Positions 9,075-19,000 of a DNA stretch of 64,000 nucleotides are shown here, piece by piece. Made by a program: the position numbers and the translations under genes. The DNA is from an uncultured bacterium. Lineage in GTDB: Bacteria; Chloroflexota; UBA5177; JANWHV01. The stretch lies in NCBI GenBank assembly GCA_963729625.1, contig CAVSOU010000011.1, positions 704,001 through 768,000 on the forward strand, read 5' to 3'. Positions within the stretch are counted from its first letter, which is position 1; every line of letters begins with the position of its first letter. The notes beneath the pieces were generated by a model. It was given only the letters and a program-made list of their open reading frames with translations. It had not been told where the DNA came from and made no database searches.

Positions 9075-9623
9075 TCAACTCAGGACGCCCGTGGCCGTGG
9101 TGGCCGTCTTGGAAACGACAAACCAGCCCCAGTGGCCGAACTTCACGTGATTGTGCACGGGACAGATGAGCAAGTACTTGCCGGTCTTGCTGGCCACGAA
9201 CGTGAAGGTCTGCGTCACGCCCTTGGGAGTGCCGTGGCGGTAGTTGGGCGAAAATGCGCCGGCGAATGCTGGGGGTGGCGGCACCACGGCCATGGGCAAT
9301 GTGCCCGTCCAGGTCACAATCTCCGCGCCGTGGAGCATCATCGCCGACTGGTTCGAATAGGTCACTATCACCTTGGCACCCAGTGGCACCGTGAACGTGA
9401 AATGACCGGCCTTGCCACCGTTGAAGTTGTAGGTATCCGTGCCGTAGGACGAAATCAGCGTCAGATGGGCAGTCTTGGCCGCCACGTTGTAGGTGGCCCA
9501 GGCCGGCGCTCGAGCGATGGTGGCGGCCCGGCTGCCGCCGATCCCGGCAACGCCAATGAGCGAGCCGGACACAATCAACGCGCCTGCCAGCAGCAAGCTG
9601 ATCGAGCCAATTGAACGTTTCAT
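9075..9623 (-). CDS. Secreted sulfocyanin/rusticyanin-like cupredoxin with atypical ligand loop
   Basis: Signal peptide; YNFNGG...VPLGAKV; His in MLHGAEIV; loop YLLICPVHNHVKFGHW; paralog of 19839-20366. Confidence 0.85.
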   Translation of the reverse strand: MKRSIGSISLLLAGALIVSGSLIGVAGIGGSRAATIARAPAWATYNVAAKTAHLTLISSYGTDTYNFNGGKAGHFTFTVPLGAKVIVTYSNQSAMMLHGAEIVTWTGTLPMAVVPPPPAFAGAFSPNYRHGTPKGVTQTFTFVASKTGKYLLICPVHNHVKFGHWGWFVVSKTATTATGVLS

Positions 9624-9684
9624 AGATGTTTTTCTCCTTGCTCTGCAATTGCTCCTATTCCACGCTAGCTCAGGGCAAGTGCGA

Positions 9685-10608
9685 TCAGTCGTCCAGCACG
9701 CGTCGCACGCTCCCGGCGGCACGGTGCAGGCTTGGCGGCTTCTTCGACGCCGTGGACGAGGCGCGGCGTGTCGAGCTGCTCGCGCTCAGCTTGCCCGAGC
9801 TGGTGCGCAGCCTCGTCCTGCTCGTGCGCACCACGCGCGCGCTGTCGTCGCCGATACCGCCGACTCCTCCGTCATCGCCGCCGCCGCCTCGACCTCCGTT
9901 GCCGCCCCCGTCATCGCCCGTCTGGCCCGTGTAGGCCGTCGGCTGCTTGAGCTGATTTGCCTGGGAGCCGTTGGCCTTGGCGTCGAGCGCATACACGTTC
10001 TGGCTTGCGTCGACCTGAACGGCCAGGGGCGACAGGGGGGTGCTGGTCGGACCGCCCAGCACCTTGGCGCCTTGTGCGGGGTCGTAGGTGGCACCATGAC
10101 AGGGGCATACCATCAGCTGGCGCTTGGCATCGAACTGGACGGTGCATCCGGCGTGCGTACAGACGGCGTCATACGCGACGTACTTGCCGTTGGCCAGGTG
10201 GATCAGCATGGCAGGGTCGCCGCTCGCCGGGTCGGTGTAGGTGACGGCCTGCTTGAGAGCCAACGACTTGACGCTGCCAAGAAACCGGCCCGGCCCCGCG
10301 GCGCCGGCCGCCACGGCGCCCGAGGCGGCTGCGGGTGATTGCTTCGCGGCAGCTCGAGCGATGGAGCCCAGGGAACCGCTCGCCGCGAACAGGCCTGCCG
10401 CGGCCCCCAGCGCTCGCACGAAGGTGGAGCGCCGCACGGACGGGGCCGGCAGCGCAGGCAGGGCGTACCGTGAGCGCCCAGCGGCGTGGGCCGAGCAGCA
10501 GGGGCACGGGCTTGCCGGCTGGCCGGCGGACGGTTGGTCCGCTGAGCACGCGCGATCGACGTCCGGCGAGGGCCTAGAGGATCGTTGGTCAGTCGTGTGT
10601 TGCTGCAT
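9685..10608 (-). CDS. Tat-exported Rieske [2Fe-2S] protein
   Basis: AAAGGAG RBS; VRRSTFVRALGAAAGL Tat-like signal; CTHAGC/CPCHGA; Rieske domain closely similar to that of 2537-3640; Gly/Asp-rich tail. Confidence 0.88.
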   Translation of the reverse strand: MQQHTTDQRSSRPSPDVDRACSADQPSAGQPASPCPCCSAHAAGRSRYALPALPAPSVRRSTFVRALGAAAGLFAASGSLGSIARAAAKQSPAAASGAVAAGAAGPGRFLGSVKSLALKQAVTYTDPASGDPAMLIHLANGKYVAYDAVCTHAGCTVQFDAKRQLMVCPCHGATYDPAQGAKVLGGPTSTPLSPLAVQVDASQNVYALDAKANGSQANQLKQPTAYTGQTGDDGGGNGGRGGGGDDGGVGGIGDDSARVVRTSRTRLRTSSGKLSASSSTRRASSTASKKPPSLHRAAGSVRRVLDD

Positions 10609-10651
10609 GGTTCGAAGCTCCTTTCAAGGCCTCGTGTCTGTCACGTATCTC

Positions 10652-10705
10652 ATCGTAGGAGGCGATAATGAAGGACTCATGATGAGAATGATGAACAGTT
10701 TATGA
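10652..10705 (-). promoter_or_regulatory. Four TCAT half-sites (11/12/11 spacing) + N10 + TACGAT upstream of the Rieske-cupredoxin genes
   Basis: Plus-strand ATGA at 10668, 10679, 10691, 10702; ATCGTA at 10652-10657. Confidence 0.7.
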
Positions 10706-11019
10706 TGGGAATTGCCGGTTGCCGCCGCGCGCCACGTCGCGCTCGCCGAGCCACCGTGCTTGGCGGCCTCAATGCCGTCTCCGGCGCCACGTCCACAAGC
10801 GAGTCGTACAGCGGGTCGCTGCAGGCGGCCGCGCAGCGGTGATGCTGGCCCCGGCGGGCGAGCCGGCGTGTGCGCCTACACAGTATGTGCGACGCTGACC
10901 GGCCAGGCCAGACATCCGGCCGGCGCGCACCCTCGCAGTCTTATGTGCGAGAACCGAATGCTGTGCTGAGCAAGACCTGATCCACACTGCATCCTACGAC
11001 GATCGGCCGGCCCGGCGTG

Positions 11020-11073
11020 TCATCGAATTGTCATGGCTGCCGTCATCGATTGATCATTGCCCACCTGTACTGT
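11020..11073 (+). promoter_or_regulatory. Four TCAT half-sites (11/12/11 spacing) + N10 + TACTGT upstream of ferric reductase/FMN-binding genes
   Basis: TCAT at 11020, 11031, 11043, 11054; TACTGT at 11068. Confidence 0.7.
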
Positions 11074-11403
11074 TGATCTCGAGGTAATTCCACCATCCAG
11101 CACCGTGCTGGAGCAGGTCACGGCAGTTGCCGGGGGCGGTGCGCTGCGACAATGGCGTCGCCGGCGTGCCGCGTGGTGGATCGTGCGGGATGTCGCGGTG
11201 CCGGCCGGCAGCGCGGCGTCCCGCACCATACCTGACGCGCATCGGCCCGATCACAGGACCCTCACGTCTTGTGACGGCGCGGCGTGCACCACCAGCAAGG
11301 AAGAGGGTGCCATGAACAGCACCAGCAGATGCCGCTCCGCGCTCCGCGCTCGATCGTCGTCACGTCTCACGGCGAGGAACCCGAGCCGAGCGGAGCAAGC
11401 ACG

Positions 11404-11661
11404 ATGAGCGCCGAGCTCGCGCAGGATTGGCGGGAGGCGCCGCCTGCCCTGGTCACTGGCCGCCGCGTTGATCTCCGCAGAGCCTCGGCCTGGATCTTTG
11501 CCCTGATCGTCGTGGCCAACGCACTGGCGATCATTGGGCTCTGGGTGTACGGCAAGAATATCTCCGGCGTGCACGGTTGGGGCGATCTTTGGACCAGTAT
11601 CGGGCGGCTGATCTCCAACGTGCCGCGCAACCACATCCACACCGAACGCTTCGCGCTCTAG
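11404..11661 (+). pseudogene. Ferric-reductase-like/FNR oxidoreductase with in-frame internal deletion
   Basis: First TM and WTSIGRL joined directly to the family-type C-terminus VPRNHIHTERFAL*; lies upstream of an FMN-binding gene. Confidence 0.6.
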
Positions 11662-11703
11662 CAGTCGCCGAAGCACAGAGCCAACCAGACGGAGAAGAAG
11701 ACC

Positions 11704-12165
11704 ATGCAGAACAAGATCCGCACCGCACTGTATGCCACGGCCATCGTCGCCCTTCCGGCAGGCGTCGCCGTTGCCTGGCAAGGGCCCGCCCACGGCTACA
11801 TCGCTGACGCGGCGAGCAAGCCCAAGGTCACGGCCACGCGGACGCCCGTGGCAAAGACGACGGCGAAACCGGTTGCCGCGCACAAGTACGTGGGACCCAG
11901 CGTGAACATGCAGTGGGGGCCGGTGCAGGTGACCCTGGTGGTGAAGGGCAAGACGATCACCGACCTCTCGGCCACGGCTCCTACGGAGCGAGCGCGTTCC
12001 GCCTTCATCAACAACCAGGCGATCCCGATGCTGCGCCAGGAAGTGCTGCAAGCCAAGACTGCGGCCAAAATCAAGAACATCTATGGCATCTCGGGTGCCA
12101 CCATGACCAGTGAAGCATTCTATCAGTCGTTGCTGTCCGCACTCGCAGCTGCGCACCTGGCCTGA
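11704..12165 (+). CDS. Secreted FMN-binding (flavinylation substrate) protein
   Basis: Signal peptide; WGPVQV and GISGATMTSEAF ([S/T]GA[S/T] flavinylation motif). Confidence 0.9.
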   Translation: MQNKIRTALYATAIVALPAGVAVAWQGPAHGYIADAASKPKVTATRTPVAKTTAKPVAAHKYVGPSVNMQWGPVQVTLVVKGKTITDLSATAPTERARSAFINNQAIPMLRQEVLQAKTAAKIKNIYGISGATMTSEAFYQSLLSALAAAHLA

Positions 12166-12185
12166 CGTAATACCAGCAGCCAGCG

Positions 12186-12222
12186 CACGGGTTCGCCCCG
12201 GCACTACCGGGGCGAACCCGTG
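12186..12222 (+). terminator. 16-bp perfect hairpin after the FMN-binding gene
   Basis: cacgggttcgccccgg-cacta-ccggggcgaacccgtg; no U-tract. Confidence 0.65.
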
Positions 12223-12258
12223 ACGGGACCGCGAGGCTTCAGCACTCCCGCCCCTATC

Positions 12259-12555
12259 CAAGCGGAATATCGCGGCGTGGTGCGATACTACCAACGGGCG
12301 TCTAATAGCTACCAGTTCGGACGACTGAAGGGCGGCATGTAGCGATCGCTGACCAAGACGTTGGCGCGGAAGTTCCGCACCAATGTCCCCGCCGTCTACC
12401 GCCGCTACCGCACCACACTCCAAACGGAGCAGGGTCCCCGCACGGGGCTGCAGGTCACCGTCGAACGAGGTGACCATTGATCGCCGTTGGTCGCACAATG
12501 GGCCGCCATCTCACTTGCCCGCCGAACCACCTGTGTCTACCTCGATGACGATCCT
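12259..12555 (+). mobile_element. Degenerate fragment of a group II intron RT/maturase (domain X region)
   Basis: One frame with two stops: QAEYRGVVRYYQRASNSYQFGRLKGGM*RSLTKTLARKFRTNVPAVYRRYRTTLQTEQGPRTGLQVTVERGDH*SPLVAQWAAISLARR. Confidence 0.75.
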
Positions 12556-12622
12556 CGCTATGCGCGGGTGTAGTAGGCTGCATGCAGGGAATCCACCTCG
12601 CTGCCACACCTGAGGAGGGTCG

Positions 12623-13945
12623 ATGGGACGCCGACAGGGAGTGCTGTTGGTCATTCCGGTTGTAGTCGGGTTGCTGATTCACTTGCTCAGCGGTCATAGT
12701 CAACCGAGCCCGGTGCTTCGTAGCACCAGCATCGGCTCCGGCAGCTTCTTGGCCCTGCTTAACGCGGGGAGCCATCGTCTCTACATCCACACCTTTGGGG
12801 ACAACGTACTCCATATCCTCGACACGCGTACCGGCCTAGCCATGCATCCCGAGGATCCCGTAGCGCGCTCCACCGGCCCGATGGCGATTGATGACCACTT
12901 CGGCCAAGCATTCATCGGTCCTGATCCGGACAACACCATCGAGATCCTTGACGCTCGCACGTTTGCTATCCTCCATTCGGTCCCTATTTACCGGGTGACA
13001 GGTCCTGACCCCCTCTTCGACGAGCAGACCGACCGACTCTATCTCGACGACCCCAACTCTCCGATCTTGAGCATCGTCGATGCCGCGAGCGGGATGCTCC
13101 GTCAGGTCCCCGCCTGTATCACGCCGCAGGCCCTCATGGCCTTGAGCCACGCGACTCAGCATTTGTTCGAGTCGTGTACCGATGGGACCACGGAAATGTT
13201 CGATGCGCATAGCGGGAGGTTGCTGCGTACCCTCAATACCTCCAGCTTGGGCACTTGTACCTGCGGGATCCTTGATGACGAGATGACCGGACGGATCTTT
13301 CTGCCTGCCGCAGATGCGCTGGGCGTGCTGGACGCGCGCAGCGGGAACCTGCTCCGCCGAGTGCCCGTGCAGAGTTGGAACCTGGGCACGATCAATTTGG
13401 ATGGGCACACCGGCACCATTGGCACTATCGACCTGGACCCGCACACGGGGAACGTGGTGATGGCACCGTACGCCGACCCAGGGCTCGGTCACTCTGCGAG
13501 CCATGTCTTCGTACTCGACGGCCGCACCGGAGCCATTCTCCATCGTTGGCCCGTGCCGAGGACGCCCACTGCGGTGATGGTGAATCCTGTGACCCATCAC
13601 CTCTTGGTCACCAGCGCTGGGCCGACCGATGTGTTTGGCGTGCCCCTGGGCGCTGGCAGCTTGAGTGTCCTGGACCCCTCCAGCGGCGCATCTCTCCAGC
13701 AGATCGAGATGGGTATCCTGCCGGCATCAATGTTCTTTGACCTGCGGAGTGGACACCTTTTCGTGGTGAACTTCACCAGCGACATGCAGCAGGGGGCCTT
13801 GACGCGGACCTATCCGGACAGCTGGTGGTCGCAGCAGCTGCGCCACGTGAAGGGTGTAGCAGCCTGGTTGCCCTTCAAGGCCCCAGCACCGCCGACGCCG
13901 CCTACCGATGTCACGGTGATAACGCTCGACCTCTCGCGGCTCTAG
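12623..13945 (+). CDS. Secreted YncE/YVTN-like beta-propeller protein
   Basis: GAGGAGG RBS; N-terminal hydrophobic helix; repeated (I/V)LDARSGxLL and D..TGRIF blades. Confidence 0.8.
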   Translation: MGRRQGVLLVIPVVVGLLIHLLSGHSQPSPVLRSTSIGSGSFLALLNAGSHRLYIHTFGDNVLHILDTRTGLAMHPEDPVARSTGPMAIDDHFGQAFIGPDPDNTIEILDARTFAILHSVPIYRVTGPDPLFDEQTDRLYLDDPNSPILSIVDAASGMLRQVPACITPQALMALSHATQHLFESCTDGTTEMFDAHSGRLLRTLNTSSLGTCTCGILDDEMTGRIFLPAADALGVLDARSGNLLRRVPVQSWNLGTINLDGHTGTIGTIDLDPHTGNVVMAPYADPGLGHSASHVFVLDGRTGAILHRWPVPRTPTAVMVNPVTHHLLVTSAGPTDVFGVPLGAGSLSVLDPSSGASLQQIEMGILPASMFFDLRSGHLFVVNFTSDMQQGALTRTYPDSWWSQQLRHVKGVAAWLPFKAPAPPTPPTDVTVITLDLSRL

Positions 13946-13992
13946 CCCAACTTCGTTCCAGCGCTCGATGAAGAGTTGTACCGGAGGTAGTT

Positions 13993-14943
13993 ATGATCAC
14001 GCTGGCCGATGTCAACACCGCACGGGCAGCAATCGGGGACCGGCTGCATCACACGCCCACGTTCAGCGCCACAAGTTTAGGCGCCCTGGCCAACGTACAG
14101 CTGCTGGTCAAGGCGGAGCTATTGCAGAAGACGGGCTCGTTCAAGCCGCGCGGTGTGCTCGCCAAGCTGGCCGGCCTCACCCCTGAGCAGCGCGCTCGCG
14201 GCGTCTTGGGCATCTCCGCCGGCAACCACGCGCAGGCTCTTGCATACGGCGCGACGCAGGAAGGCATCCCTTGCACGGTCGTTATGCCGGCTACCGCGGC
14301 GATCAGTAAGGTCGCGGCCGCGCGCGCATATGGCGCCCGAATCGTGCAGTACGGTGCGACGTCCATCGAGGCATTTGCCGAGTATGAACGGCTCCTCGCT
14401 GCTGAAGGACAGGTGCCGGTGCACCCATTTGCCGATCCGGAGGTGATCGCGGGCCAGGGTACAATTGGCCTGGAGCTGCTCGAGGATGTCGACGATCTGG
14501 ATGCGGTAATCGTACCGGTGGGTGGGGGAGGCCTGATTGCTGGCCTCGCCGTGGCCCTCAAGGAGCAACGCCCGCGCCTGCGCGTTGTCGGTGTCGAGCC
14601 CGAAGGTGCAGCGGGACTAAGCCGTGCGCTGGCAGCCGGTCGCGTTGAACCTCTCGAGACGATCCAAACCATCGCCGACGGCTTGGCGGCGCCCTTCGCC
14701 AGCCAGATCACCCTGGAGATTGCCCAACGCTACGTGGACGACGTAGTACTCGTCTCCGAGCAAGAGATCGCGCAGGCAGTGGTTCTTGTGCTGGAGCGCA
14801 CCAAGCTGCAGGTAGAACCAGCCGGTGCCGCGGGTGTGGCGGCGCTGCTGGCTGGCCGCTGCGGACTCCGCGAGGGCGACCACGTCGTCGCCATCCTCAG
14901 TGGCGGCAACATCGATCGTAGCCGGCTGAAGGGCTTGCTCTGA
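13993..14943 (+). CDS. PLP-dependent threonine/serine dehydratase family protein
   Basis: KAELLQKTGSFKPRG, SAGNHAQA, VGGGGLIAG, LSGGN; no ACT domain. Confidence 0.93.
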   Translation: MITLADVNTARAAIGDRLHHTPTFSATSLGALANVQLLVKAELLQKTGSFKPRGVLAKLAGLTPEQRARGVLGISAGNHAQALAYGATQEGIPCTVVMPATAAISKVAAARAYGARIVQYGATSIEAFAEYERLLAAEGQVPVHPFADPEVIAGQGTIGLELLEDVDDLDAVIVPVGGGGLIAGLAVALKEQRPRLRVVGVEPEGAAGLSRALAAGRVEPLETIQTIADGLAAPFASQITLEIAQRYVDDVVLVSEQEIAQAVVLVLERTKLQVEPAGAAGVAALLAGRCGLREGDHVVAILSGGNIDRSRLKGLL

Positions 14944-14979
14944 CCGCCAAAGTATCGGAGGAAGCGAGGTTCTAGCTGG

Positions 14980-15822
14980 ATGTCGAACATCGCGGCGCTT
15001 CCCGCGCGGCCACACCTCACTGAGTATGGCGCCGAGCTGATCGGTACTGCTGCCCTTGTGTTCATCGGCTTTTCAACGGGAGCGCTAATCTTTGGTACCT
15101 CGCTGGTTAGCGCCTGGTTGCCGGGTACCGGTCCCCGGCTCTTCCTCGCCGGCCTGTGCTTTGGCGGTGGCGGGACGCTGGTAACCCTTTCGCCGCTGGG
15201 GCAGCGGAGCGGCGCCCATCTCAATCCCAGCGTCTCCCTTGCTTTCTACCTGTTGCACCGCATGCATCGACACGATCTGTTGGGCTACGTGGTGGCTCAG
15301 TTTCTCGGCGCGGGCTGCGGCGCAACCCTGGCGACACTGATCGACCCTCTTGCCCTTACGGCCATTCACTTCGATCAAACCATGCCGGGCGCTGGCGTGA
15401 CAATCTGGCAGGCGCTGATCACGGAGTTCCTCGCCACCTCCCTCTTGATCGCAGTTATCCTGCTGTGCGTTAGCTCCCGGCGTACTGCTCGACTCACTCC
15501 ATTCGCCGTCTGGTTGCTGATCGCTGCATTGGTGTGGCAGACCGCACCCATCTCGGGAACGAGCCTGAATCCCGCGCGGTCATTTGGCTCGGCGTTGCTG
15601 GCTTGGCTCTGGAGCGATCAATGGATCTACTTCACGGCCCCGCCGTTGGCGGGCGTGCTCGTAGCGCTCGGCTACCGCTGGACCATCGGTTCGCATCATA
15701 TCCTGACGGCGAAGCTGTTTCATCCGGTCACAGATATCGTGCACTGCCACTTCCCACGCTGCGCTCTGTGCGGCCAACAGCCGATCTTGCCGGTTGCTGG
15801 AGTTGCTCAACAGAAGGAGTAG
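14980..15822 (+). CDS. MIP/aquaporin family channel
   Basis: SGAHLNPSVS and GTSLNPARSFG signature motifs; six TM helices; Cys/His tail HCHFPRCALC. Confidence 0.93.
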   Translation: MSNIAALPARPHLTEYGAELIGTAALVFIGFSTGALIFGTSLVSAWLPGTGPRLFLAGLCFGGGGTLVTLSPLGQRSGAHLNPSVSLAFYLLHRMHRHDLLGYVVAQFLGAGCGATLATLIDPLALTAIHFDQTMPGAGVTIWQALITEFLATSLLIAVILLCVSSRRTARLTPFAVWLLIAALVWQTAPISGTSLNPARSFGSALLAWLWSDQWIYFTAPPLAGVLVALGYRWTIGSHHILTAKLFHPVTDIVHCHFPRCALCGQQPILPVAGVAQQKE

Positions 15823-16053
15823 CCCACCAGTACCCAGGTCTTTAGCGCGTCGGGCAAAGAGCACCAGCGTGCGAGCGTTCCAGTCTGCTGGGCCAGAGCC
15901 ATCCGCTGCTTGTCCCGGCCAGAGCCCCTTCAGCGGCCGTGGCCCTTTGGCGTACAATGAGTTGTCTGGAACTCACCCTGTCATGCCGGGCGCGGCAATC
16001 TGGTTGGCGCCACGTCGAGTGAAGCTGACGGCATCACGAGGAGTGATCGTGCA

Positions 16054-19000
16054 GTGACCGATGACGACGAGGGGCAGCACCGCGGCGATGGCGATACGAC
16101 AGAGCGCACCGATCCGCTGACCGGCGCCCTGCCTCGCGAAGCGCTCGCATCGGTGTTCGACACCGCCCAGCACGTCGCTACCTCAATCGGCCTGCTGATG
16201 ATCGACCTGGATAACTTCAAAAGCATCAATGATGCATTTGGCCATGCAACCGGCGATCTGGTGTTACACACGTTTGCGGCGGATGCTCGCTCGGTGCTCC
16301 GCGCGAATGATACGCTCATTCGCTACGGCGGCGACGAGTTCGTTGTCGTGCTGCCCAGTGCGTCGCTGGCCGCGGCACATGAGGTGGCCGAGCGCGTGCG
16401 GATCTCCGTTGCCGGTCACGCCATGCCGACCACGCCGCCCCTCACCGTAAGCGTCAGTGTCGGCTGCAGCTGCACGGACGCCACCACACCGCAGCTCTCG
16501 CTCACCGACCTGCTGGCACAGGCTGACGGTCGTCTCTATCAGGCGAAACGGCGCGGGCGCAATCAGGTCGTTTCGGTCGAGGACGTACCGTCGGCTGCCG
16601 AAGCGGCGGAGGTGGCCGCCGACACGCAGGGGCGCTTGATCGAGCGCGACGGTGCGTTCACTCAGGCGCTGACCTGGCTTGACGCAGTGTTGGCCGGAGA
16701 ACGGGGACTCCTGCGCGTCGTAGGCGCGCCCGGCGTCGGAATGTCCCGCTTCCTGGAGGCGGTGGCGCGCATGGCGCGCTTACGTGGCTACCAGGTGCTG
16801 ACGCTCACCGGCAGCCCGGCACTGGGCTTGCGGCAGTATGGGGCGCTTTCGGACGCGTTGAGCAGCGCGCCGAGTGGCGAGCAGCATGACGCGCACGAGC
16901 TGTTGGAGGTTCCGGCGCCAGGCGAGGCCAGGGGATTCCTGGTGATCCTCGATCGCGCGAGCGACATTGACGCGTCAACACTGGAGCTTGTCTGGCAATT
17001 GGTCGCGCATCCAGGCGCTGGGCGCATTGGAGTGGTCGTGGGCCACAACCCGGCGGCAGCGGAGGTAGGCCGGCTGCCGGACCTGCGCGTCAGGGCCGAA
17101 GTCCGGTTGCAGCCCTTCAGCGTATCCGGATTGCAGGTGTGGCTGCGCACGGCGCTTCGCTGGGAGGCGCCAACCGATTTCAGCCTCTGGCTGTATGCCC
17201 AGACCGACGGCTATCCCGCGCTCCTGCAGGCAGCGCTGCAGCACGTACGTGCTGATGGCCTGCTCACGCGCCAGTCCAATGGTTCCGGGTGGGACGTCAG
17301 TCCCCTGTTCCGGGAATACGACCTCCGAGGCCTGCTGCAGCGCGAGCGCGCGCGTGCCGAGGAGGCGAGCGAGCTCGTGCGGCCCTACGGGCTGCTGGTC
17401 GGGCGGACCGACGAGCTCCGCACGATCAAGCAATCGATCGCCGGGGAGCAGCTTGTTGTGCTGGCTGGGCACGGTGGGGTTGGAAAGACGCACTTGGCTC
17501 TGCAAGCGGCAGCCGAGGTGGGCCCGCTATTCGCCGACGGTGCGGTCGTCGTGCCTCTAGCGGCGACTACCGCAGTTGAGTTCGTCGCCTTGGCGCTGGT
17601 GCGTGCACTTGCGCTGGCCGTCGTCGGTCAGCAGGAGCCGTATGCCGTCGCCGTCGAGTACCTGACTGCCCGTGACATGCTTGTGGTGTTCGACACGGTC
17701 GAGGATCTGCCGGGAATTGGCGTGCTGGTTCAGGACCTGCTCGCGGTGCTGCCGCGGCTGCGGATGCTGATGACGACCCGCGACGCAGCGGCCATTCAGG
17801 CAGATGCCATTATCACCGTCGATGGATTGCGCGACGCCTACGAGAGCGCCCGAGAGGACAGCAGCGAATCGATGACGGTCGCCGAAGGCGCGGGGACAGC
17901 GACCGCCTCAGCGAGCGACGGTTTGGCAGACAGGCCGATGGTGACTGGACCACTGGCAGGCGCCGCGCTCCTCGCCGGCCTGGCCGAGCGCGCGCTCGCA
18001 ACTCCGGCAAGCGATCTGTACGTGCTGGCGTCAGGCCATGGTGTGCTCGACGCCATACCGGACTCGGCAAGAATGGCAACGATAAGGCGGCTCTGCCGCT
18101 CCGTGCACGGCTATCCCCTGGCGATCAAGATGCTGGCCAGCTGGACGGGCTTCTTTGGCCACGAGGGAGTAGCTCTGCGCCTCGAACAACAGGTGCAAGC
18201 GGCCACCGGCGTCACAACTGCAGACGTCCCAGGAATCGCGATATCGCCGATGCAGGCGGTGTTCGGCTTCTTCTGGGCTTTGCTGGCAGAACGAGATCGG
18301 CGCAGTATTGGCGGCCTTGCGCTGTTTCGGGGCGGTTTCTCGGCGGAAGCGGCCCTTGATGTCGCGGACGTTACCCCATTTCTGCTCGCCGCCCTCGCCG
18401 ATCGTGCATTCATTCAGACCGAACGAATAGGACAATATCGCCTGCACGCGTTGCTGCGTCAGTATGCCTGGTCGTGGTTGCAGCAAGACGCCCAGGCCAC
18501 CGCGGCGGTCAAACAGCGCCACGCCGACTGGTACCTTCGTCTCGCCGCTGCAGCAGCCACGGACATTCGCGGTCCACGCTTTCGCGACTGGGTTGAGCAA
18601 CTGGAGATCGAGCTTGACAATCTGCGAACCGCGCTCACGTGGGCCCTTGACCAGGCGCCGCTGGCGGCACTCCAGGCGGCTCTCGACCTTGCGGAGTTCT
18701 GGCTCGCCGGATTCTATGCTCGCGAAGGGTATTCGTGGGTGGAGATTTCACTGGCATGTGCCGAGAACTGCTCCGATGGATTGGCGCCGCCGCTCCGGAT
18801 GGCGGCGCTTGGGCGGCTGGGGAGTCTGGCGCGCCAGTGCGGCGATACGGACGCCGCCCGCTTGCACTTGACGGCCGCCGTGGCCCTCGCTGAAGATCAG
18901 CGTGCCGGCAGCGACGGCGAGCTTGCCTATAGCCTCGGTGTGCTGTCCAATGTCGAATCGGACCTCGCAGCGCATGACCGCGCCGTCGACCTGGCGCGCA

